Of a stretch of 64,000 bases of DNA, positions 57,702-64,000 are shown piece by piece. The notes below the pieces were generated by a model, which had not been told where the DNA came from, did not search any database, and saw nothing but the letters and a program-made list of their open reading frames with translations. Each line of letters begins with the position of its first letter. Position 1 is the stretch's first letter. The stretch is from Rhizobiaceae bacterium (lineage in GTDB: Bacteria > Pseudomonadota > Alphaproteobacteria > Rhizobiales > Rhizobiaceae). Made by a program: the position numbers and the translations under genes. The DNA lies in NCBI GenBank assembly GCA_041739225.1, contig JBGSOG010000046.1, forward strand, positions 92,681-156,680, read 5' to 3'.

Positions 57702-59651
57702 TCAAAACCCCCTGGCCGGACGTCCCGATGACAAGCCGAAGCCTTCGATCAGCGCCTCGGTTCCAGCTTCTTTTTCCAGTTCATTGCGAAGTTCAATAAG
57801 GCGCGAAAAGTTTTGCTCGGTATTTTCCGACGCAAGTGCACGTTCTGCGACCTTGAGCTCTGTAGATAGGGTGTGCGAGCGCAGGTGCAAGAGGTGGGCT
57901 TGCTGCCAGCCATCGAGTGCGTCTTCAAATGCGGCTTGAGGCAAGGCCTGCCAGACGCGGTTTGCTGCCAGCAGCTGGTCCATTTGCGCAAGGGTTTCCC
58001 CATAACCTACGGATTCAAGATGGTCGCGCAGGGCCACGGCGCTGGGCCATGGCTGTTCACCTTCCCACTGCGCTGAAAAGTCGATAATTGCGCCATGTAC
58101 CTTGCGGGCAAGCGGGCTGGCCAAAGGCAATTGGGCAAAGTCATCAAACCACCTGCCAAGGATAGCCGGATGGTGGACGACACCCACGACAAGCGCTGCC
58201 TCACGCAATGGAATGCGTGCCGATCCGCGTTTCACCATTGAGGAATTGAGCAAAGACGGACTGGCAGCTACCGGCGAATGGCGGTGTGCCTCGCTTTTCC
58301 TGTCTTTGCGGGCAAGGCCGCGCGATCCGTTCTGGCGCCACTCTCCATTGGCGGCGCGGCGGCCTTGGGGCGCAAAGAAACTGGCCATGCGGTCAGCCAT
58401 GTCCTGCGCATAGTGTCGGCGGACATTTTCATCCTTGATTTGCGAGACCACCAGTTTGAGGCGCGATTCCAATTCAGCTCGCTTTTCCGGCGTGTCGAAG
58501 GTCTGAGTCGCGGTTTCCCGGCTCCAGACCATGTCCGCAAGGCCGATTGCATCTCGCAGAACCGAGGCAAAGGCCGAAGGCCCTTCATCGCGAACCAGGT
58601 CATCAGGGTCCTTGCCTTCCGGCAGCAGGGCAAAACGCACGGTCCTGCCGGGCTTCAGGCCAGCAAGCGCAAGGTCTGCGGCGCGCCACGCGGCCTTGAC
58701 GCCCGCCTTGTCGCCGTCAAAGCAAAGGATCGGCGTTTCGGCCATCCGCCACAAAAGTTCCAGCTGGTTTTCAGTCAAAGCCGTGCCGAGCGGGGCGACA
58801 GCGTTTTCAAATCCGGCCTGGTGAAGGGCAATCACGTCCATGTAGCCTTCGGCCGCCACGACCTGCGACAGTTCATGGGCAGGCTTTCTTGCCCTGGCAA
58901 AATTGAACAGCACGTTGGATTTGTGAAACAGATCGGTTTCAGGCGAATTCATGTACTTGGCAGGCACATCGGCACGCATGGCCCTGCCGCCGAATGCGAT
59001 CACCTTGCCAAGGGAATCTGGAATTGGGAACATGATGCGGTCGCGGAACCAGTCGTAAGAAACCGGGATGTCGGGGCCAGCACGAACCAGGCCGCAAGCC
59101 TGCATCTGTTCCGCAGTGACGCCTTTGCCTGCAAGATGCTCCTTGAGACCGTTGCGGCTGTCTGGGGCGAACCCGAGGCGGAAAACCTGTTGGGTTTTTG
59201 CCGAAAGACCCCTTTCGCGCAAATAGGCGCGGGCTTTTGCTCCCATGCCAGACTGCAGCTGCTCTTCAAACCAGAGCGTGGCCATTTCCATGACATCGTG
59301 CAGGCTGGCACGCTGCTGGTCACGGCGCTGCTCTTCGGGGCTGTAGACCGGCATCGGCACGCCGGCCTGTGCGGCGAGCTTCTCCACTGCCTCGGGGAAC
59401 GACAAGCCATCAAGCTCCACCAGAAAGCGAAAATGATCGCCTGAAACACCGCAGCCGAAACAATGGTAGCGGCCCTTGCGGTTTTCTGCGTGAAAGCTTG
59501 GTGATTTTTCGCCATGGAAGGGGCAACAGGCCCAGTAATCACCGCGTGCCGCATTGGTCTTCCGCTTGTCGAAGGACACACGCTGCCCGACGACTTCCGA
59601 GATCGGAATTCGGTTGCGAATCTCGTCGAGGAAAGCAGGCGCAAAGCGCAT
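57702..59651 (-). CDS. dnaG: DNA primase DnaG
   Basis: CHC2 zinc finger CCPFHGEKSPSFHAENRKGRYHCFGCGVSGD and TOPRIM region EGYMDVIAL...FDGDKAG. I prefer the ATG at 59651 (MRFAPAFLDEIR...) over the GTG at 59672. Confidence 0.95.
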   Translation of the reverse strand: MRFAPAFLDEIRNRIPISEVVGQRVSFDKRKTNAARGDYWACCPFHGEKSPSFHAENRKGRYHCFGCGVSGDHFRFLVELDGLSFPEAVEKLAAQAGVPMPVYSPEEQRRDQQRASLHDVMEMATLWFEEQLQSGMGAKARAYLRERGLSAKTQQVFRLGFAPDSRNGLKEHLAGKGVTAEQMQACGLVRAGPDIPVSYDWFRDRIMFPIPDSLGKVIAFGGRAMRADVPAKYMNSPETDLFHKSNVLFNFARARKPAHELSQVVAAEGYMDVIALHQAGFENAVAPLGTALTENQLELLWRMAETPILCFDGDKAGVKAAWRAADLALAGLKPGRTVRFALLPEGKDPDDLVRDEGPSAFASVLRDAIGLADMVWSRETATQTFDTPEKRAELESRLKLVVSQIKDENVRRHYAQDMADRMASFFAPQGRRAANGEWRQNGSRGLARKDRKSEAHRHSPVAASPSLLNSSMVKRGSARIPLREAALVVGVVHHPAILGRWFDDFAQLPLASPLARKVHGAIIDFSAQWEGEQPWPSAVALRDHLESVGYGETLAQMDQLLAANRVWQALPQAAFEDALDGWQQAHLLHLRSHTLSTELKVAERALASENTEQNFSRLIELRNELEKEAGTEALIEGFGLSSGRPARGF

Positions 59652-59936
59652 GGCAAAAGACCGGTTGGACACAATCTCTATATGGGTTCGCCTGTCGATT
59701 GGCCAAATGGCCTTTGTTCACAGGGGGGTGGAAAACTTTTCCATCAAGTGTTCGTGATGAAGAGCACTATTTTGCGAGCGCTGGGCAATCAATGCCTGAG
59801 CAGTTTGCCCATGGTGTTCGATTCCCTTGCTATTTGGTATTTTATTCCCGCATATGACGTTCAGGAATGGTGGAAGGTTTGGGGATGAATGTTGGCAGCA
59901 GGCGCCGTTTGATTGGTGCCAGACTGCCTTCCCTTT

Positions 59937-59958
59937 GTAATCCGGTTGGGCGGATTAC
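59937..59958. promoter_or_regulatory. Perfect 8-bp-arm palindrome upstream of the luxR-type gene
   Basis: GTAATCCG-gttggg-CGGATTAC ends 31 nt before the ATG at 59989. It could be an operator or a 5' UTR hairpin. Confidence 0.35.
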
Positions 59959-59988
59959 GGGGCAGGACATTCAAACACAAAGACAGAT

Positions 59989-60711
59989 ATGAACGAACAA
60001 GAGGCAAAGGACCTCGAAAACCTCAAAATTGGTCTTGCCGCGGAGACCGATTTTGCCAAGTCGCTCAAGGCGATTTGCACCGTGCTCGAAATGGGGCATG
60101 CGGTGTATCATCTTGCGCCTACCGCAAGCCCGGGACTCGAAATTCCGTTTGTGCAGACCACGTACAGCCCTGCGTGGATCATGCAGTACATTGCCAGCAA
60201 CTACCTCAACTCAGATCCGGTGCTGGAGCGTGGACTGAACGGCGGCAAGCCGTTCTTCTGGTCTGAGATTGCCCGCGAAGACGATGGCATCAAGGCCTTT
60301 TTTGCGGATGCGGCGAACCATGGCGTGGGGAATTGTGGCTATACCGTGCCCATAGCCAATCGTGGCGGCCGAAGGGCAATGTTCACCGTCAACAAGATGG
60401 ACGATGAAACGGATTTCAAAAACACCATCAAAGGCAAAGAAAAGCACCTGAGCGACATTTCGCTCATACTCCATCGCCGCGCCCTTACCGCAATTGGGGA
60501 CAGCGGGGATGTTCCAACCCTCAGCCGCCGTGAAATCGAATGCCTGAACTGGACGGCACAAGGGAAAGACGGTGCCTCCATCGCCAAGATCCTGAAGATT
60601 TCCGAGTTCACAGTCCGGGACTACCTCAAATCCGCGCGTAACAAGCTTGGCTGCACGACCATCGCACAGGCTGTCTATGAGGCAACCCGCTTGCGGCTGA
60701 TCAAACCCTGA
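59989..60711 (+). CDS. LuxR-family regulator with autoinducer-binding domain (LuxR solo)
   Basis: Y59, W63, Y67, D76, P77 and W91 have exactly the spacing of TraR Y53, W57, Y61, D70, P71 and W85. The C-terminal HTH is LSRREIECLNWTAQGKDGASIAKILKISEFTVRDYLKSARNKLG. There is no luxI-type gene in the window. Confidence 0.85.
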   Translation: MNEQEAKDLENLKIGLAAETDFAKSLKAICTVLEMGHAVYHLAPTASPGLEIPFVQTTYSPAWIMQYIASNYLNSDPVLERGLNGGKPFFWSEIAREDDGIKAFFADAANHGVGNCGYTVPIANRGGRRAMFTVNKMDDETDFKNTIKGKEKHLSDISLILHRRALTAIGDSGDVPTLSRREIECLNWTAQGKDGASIAKILKISEFTVRDYLKSARNKLGCTTIAQAVYEATRLRLIKP

Positions 60712-60720
60712 CTGGTGGCA

Positions 60721-62853
60721 TCAAGCGCCCGAGAACATCAGATCGCGCAACATCTCGGGAATTATTTGTATCTTTCCGAAGGCCTCCTTCAGTTCCGATT
60801 TTTGCGCACGATCCAGTGCGGCTAGGTCAATGTCATTGTCGGGTTTGAGGCCGTCCTCAACGGCTTGTGCCTGTTGTGAGAGCACAAGCTGAAGCCCCAG
60901 CCGGTGTGCATCTGCAAGGGCGTTGAAGTCGCGCTCCGACCCCATGCCCATGTCACGCGCTGCTTCCAGACGCTCACGGGTGGAGCGAAGCTGCAGGTTG
61001 TGGCGAATGGCCACCGTCCGGGCGGCTGACGACACCGGGAAAAGAATGTACCGCTTCAAATCAAGCCGGTTACCCTCTGCGCGAAAGCCGCCAAACATGG
61101 TCACAGGGTTTGGAACGGAAAAAGCGCTTTCTCCCAGCAGTTTTGCAAAACCGGTATTCTGGCTGCCTGCCTCGTAGGCATAGGTGAACAATTCATGGCC
61201 CAGTGACAAATCGCCATGCACCGGCATCAGATCGTAGAAAATGTCGACATTGAGCAGGTCCTGCGGGCTGGATTGGCCGATCCAGTCGGTCACCCTCTCT
61301 TTCCAGGTCGTGAGCGAGCCGCGCCATTGTGGATTTCGTGCCATCACCCCGCCCTTGCAAAGGGGAATGCCTGCACGGTCAAGAATGGTCGAAAAGCGGG
61401 TTGCCAATTCGGCAAACCATTTGTCCTCAACTCCGTCCGGCTCGCCTTGCGCAAATACAATGGCATTGTCCTGATCAGGCACCAGCATGCTTTCGCCGCG
61501 CCCTCCCGACCCAAGTACCAGCACTGAAAACGGGCAGGGCGGTTCGCCGAGGCCATCCTTGCGCATATCAGCCTGTGCCAGCACAGCGGCGCGCCGGGTC
61601 ATTGAGCGTATTTCCTCGCTGACAATCCGGCACACGGTACGTGCATCCGATTCGCCCGCAAAAAGTGCATTCACCGCTGTTGGAAGCATTGCCCATGCAG
61701 TGCCCAACTCCCTGGCGTCGGCTGCCGCTTCGATCCCGTCGTCCAGCACCATCGCCGGCCCAGCGCGAACCTTGAGCAGATCCCTTGCGGAAACGATCCC
61801 GGTCAGAACGCCTTCTTCGTTTCGCACTGCCAGATGCCGGTATTTCAAGCGCGCCATTCGTCCGACAGCGCGATAGACAAACGCATTTTCGCGGATTGTC
61901 TGGAGAGGCCTTGAGGCCACGGTTCCAGCTTCGAGCGTGAATGCATCCGCGCCGAGCGCCGAAATTTTTCGCATCAGGTCGCGTTCGGTCAAAATTCCAT
62001 AGGCATCAATTCGCTGACCGGGCGATGCTTCATCCGCCACGAACACGGATGAAATTGCGCGTGAAACCATGAGGTTCATCGCTTCTCTCAGCGTTGTCTT
62101 GCTTGAAACGATGGCAACAGGACTGGCCATGACCTCGCCGACAGTGTGGCGGTATGCAAGCTGGTCGATGCTGGAAACCGGATTGCGCGCTTCCAATTGC
62201 CCTGGGCCCATGCCGGGCATTGCCCATCCGGCGCTCTCCTGTCCGGCAAATTGCGGCCCCAGCCTGGAGATGGCACGTTCTGCTTCTGCAAGGGTCTGAA
62301 TGCCGCGTTCGTGCAGTTTTGGCAAAAGGGCCAGGAAAACATGTCCGGCTGCCAGCGCGTCTCCAAGCGCTTGATGACGGTTTTCGATCGGCACACCCAG
62401 CCATCCGGCCAGTGCATCCAGCGAATGGTCCGCCAAAGACGGTGCCACAAGCACAGCCAGCATCCGCACACACAAGGCTCGTGGCCGCTTGAACGGGAGC
62501 GAATGGCGCTTGGCCTCCGCTTCCATGACCGCAATGTCAAAACCGATGGAATGGCCAATCACCAGGCGGGTACCGATTGCATCGGAAATTGATTTCCATG
62601 CCTTTGGCAAACTGGGTGCCAAGGCCGCCTGGGCATCGTCAATGCCATGGATATTGCTGGATTGCGGCGGAATGGGAATGCCCGGATTGACCACGATTTC
62701 AAAAGAGCTCTCGTTTGCGAGCCTGCCGCCGGACATCAGCACCGTGCCAAATTGAACAATTCTCGCCGACAATGGGTCAAGTCCGGTGGTTTCGGTATCG
62801 AGAGCAACCGCTTCAATGACGTTCAGCGGCGAGGCGCCGGTTGGTGCTTTCAT
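60721..62853 (-). CDS. DEDD exonuclease / CBS pair / DUF294 nucleotidyltransferase fusion protein
   Basis: Start moved to the ATG at 62853 (MKAPTGASPLNVIEAVALDTETTGLD, Exo I). GHSIGFDIAVM is Exo II and HQALGDALAAGHVF is Exo III. The CBS-like segment is followed by LVLGSGGRGESMLVPDQDNAIVF, the nucleotidyltransferase motif. Confidence 0.8.
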   Translation of the reverse strand: MKAPTGASPLNVIEAVALDTETTGLDPLSARIVQFGTVLMSGGRLANESSFEIVVNPGIPIPPQSSNIHGIDDAQAALAPSLPKAWKSISDAIGTRLVIGHSIGFDIAVMEAEAKRHSLPFKRPRALCVRMLAVLVAPSLADHSLDALAGWLGVPIENRHQALGDALAAGHVFLALLPKLHERGIQTLAEAERAISRLGPQFAGQESAGWAMPGMGPGQLEARNPVSSIDQLAYRHTVGEVMASPVAIVSSKTTLREAMNLMVSRAISSVFVADEASPGQRIDAYGILTERDLMRKISALGADAFTLEAGTVASRPLQTIRENAFVYRAVGRMARLKYRHLAVRNEEGVLTGIVSARDLLKVRAGPAMVLDDGIEAAADARELGTAWAMLPTAVNALFAGESDARTVCRIVSEEIRSMTRRAAVLAQADMRKDGLGEPPCPFSVLVLGSGGRGESMLVPDQDNAIVFAQGEPDGVEDKWFAELATRFSTILDRAGIPLCKGGVMARNPQWRGSLTTWKERVTDWIGQSSPQDLLNVDIFYDLMPVHGDLSLGHELFTYAYEAGSQNTGFAKLLGESAFSVPNPVTMFGGFRAEGNRLDLKRYILFPVSSAARTVAIRHNLQLRSTRERLEAARDMGMGSERDFNALADAHRLGLQLVLSQQAQAVEDGLKPDNDIDLAALDRAQKSELKEAFGKIQIIPEMLRDLMFSGA

Positions 62854-63065
62854 TTTCCCCTCCCGAAATTGGCATTTGCTGCCAAAAGTAACCAAGCGTA
62901 AACCATGCCACAAACGAACCGGGCCGCATTGACCGGTATCAATCGAAATTGCGGCTTTTGACGTCTTGTCGGCACCCTTCATGCTTGTTTGAGAACCATC
63001 AGCGGGGCAAGAATGAATGTGTCCCGAAACGGGATTTAGCCGCGAAATCGCGGGTTTGGTGTCAA

Positions 63066-64000
63066 ATGGCAGTCGAAAGATCAAAGCTCGATACAATTCA
63101 GGTTCTGCGGGCGATTGCTGTCGCTGCGGTTGTGCTCAGTCACAGCTTTCATGAACTTGCGCAGCTTTTTGAGGGAAAGGTCGCAGGTTTCCAGGAAAAG
63201 GCTTTCCCGGGCGATTTTGGCGTTGACCTGTTCTTTGTCATATCCGGCTTCATCATGGTGTTCGTGTCGTACAATGCCTTTGGCACTCCGGGTGCCTCGG
63301 TCAGGTTTGCGTTGCGCCGGATTGTCCGAATTGTTCCGCTGTACTGGATAATGACCAGCGTGATGATAGCGGTTGTCGTCTTGCTGCCGGGGAGTGTTGA
63401 CACTGCAACCAGCGATCCGAAGCAGTGGCTGGCATCTTATCTTTTCGTACCTTATGCGCGCGCTTCCGACGGGCTATTCCGGCCGGTGCTGGGGCTTGGC
63501 TGGTCGTTGAATTACGAGATGTTTTTTTATGCGCTGTTTTCAATCGGCCTTCTGTTTAGACGACGATTTGCAATCCCTGCGGTAATTGCTGCCCTCGTTG
63601 TCGCCTGGCTTGCAGGGCGACTGATACCGGGGCTGCCTGGAGCGGTCGCCTTCCTTACCCAGCCAATCATCTTGGAGTTTGCTGTCGGCATGGTTCTTGG
63701 AACCATTTACATGCAGGGTTTTCGCATTCCCCGATGGGTGGCATTTGCCCTGCTTGGCGTGGGCACACTGCTGCTGTTTCGTGCGCCTGCCTTCAATTCG
63801 ATGGTCGAAGAGACCCGGCACCTTTATTACGGCATTCCGGCGATGCTGATGGTTGCGGGCGCCATTCTTGGCATGATCCCTGAACATACAGCCGGCATTA
63901 CATTGGCCGTTGGGGCCGGTGATGCCTCCTATTCCACCTATCTGACTCACCCCTTTGTCCTGGGGGCATTGACGTTGATCGCAGGCAAGACCGGTCTGGC
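63066..64000 (+). CDS. Acyltransferase-3 family membrane protein (ExoZ/OafA-like), 3' end outside the window
   Basis: It is not in the ORF track because no stop is reached. My own translation from the ATG at 63066 is MAVERSKLDTIQVLRAIAVAAVVLSHSF...GVDLFFVISGFIMVF...RFALRRIVRIVPLYW...WSLNYEMFFY...DASYSTYLTHPFVL, which are classic acyltransferase_3 motifs. Confidence 0.8.
   Translation, partial: MAVERSKLDTIQVLRAIAVAAVVLSHSFHELAQLFEGKVAGFQEKAFPGDFGVDLFFVISGFIMVFVSYNAFGTPGASVRFALRRIVRIVPLYWIMTSVMIAVVVLLPGSVDTATSDPKQWLASYLFVPYARASDGLFRPVLGLGWSLNYEMFFYALFSIGLLFRRRFAIPAVIAALVVAWLAGRLIPGLPGAVAFLTQPIILEFAVGMVLGTIYMQGFRIPRWVAFALLGVGTLLLFRAPAFNSMVEETRHLYYGIPAMLMVAGAILGMIPEHTAGITLAVGAGDASYSTYLTHPFVLGALTLIAGKTGL

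Noticed and set aside
59813-59826. GGTGTTCGATTCCC in the dnaG/luxR intergenic region resembles a tRNA T-loop.
   Set aside because: The flanking bases cannot form a T-stem (TGGTG versus CCCTT). No acceptor, D or anticodon arms can be drawn, so this is not a tRNA or a tRNA remnant that I can support.

Overview
This 64 kb window is a high-GC segment: spot counts on ordinary 60-nt lines give about 58-67% G+C. Gene content and order look like core chromosome of an alphaproteobacterium of the Hyphomicrobiales/Rhizobiales type: a moxR cluster, petABC, apt, ychF-pth-rplY, chrBA, prs, lgt, proC, ilvE, cspA and dnaG-rpoD. All calls rest on motif recognition in the supplied translations, with no database search. 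I call about 62 protein-coding genes. I found no rRNA, tRNA, CRISPR array, transposase, integrase or phage genes. Many long ORFs in the track are antisense shadows typical of high-GC DNA and were discarded. Several starts were moved to internal ATG/GTG codons where signal peptides, ribosome-binding sites or terminators supported the change. The strongest anomaly is a stretch of about 0.9 kb (about 29200-30115) of extremely AT-rich DNA, with counted lines at 8/60 to 17/60 G+C. It stays open in one frame and encodes the central transmembrane (TM) block of a polytopic membrane-protein ORF whose two ends have normal host composition. That ORF sits just downstream of a tandem universal stress protein (USP) gene, at a junction where all three forward frames are open and a 1-nt frameshift is likely. 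I recognise no family for this protein. Other items worth a second look:
- a YoeB-like toxin ORF with an internal insertion and no antitoxin, placed 7 nt after rpoD
- a PAAR-like protein with a signal peptide and no T6SS context
- a secreted caspase-like (C14) protein
- a canonical AHL-type LuxR solo with an upstream palindrome
- an exonuclease-CBS-nucleotidyltransferase fusion
- a MarR / response regulator / histidine kinase unit with a perfect 9-bp-arm palindrome in its divergent promoter
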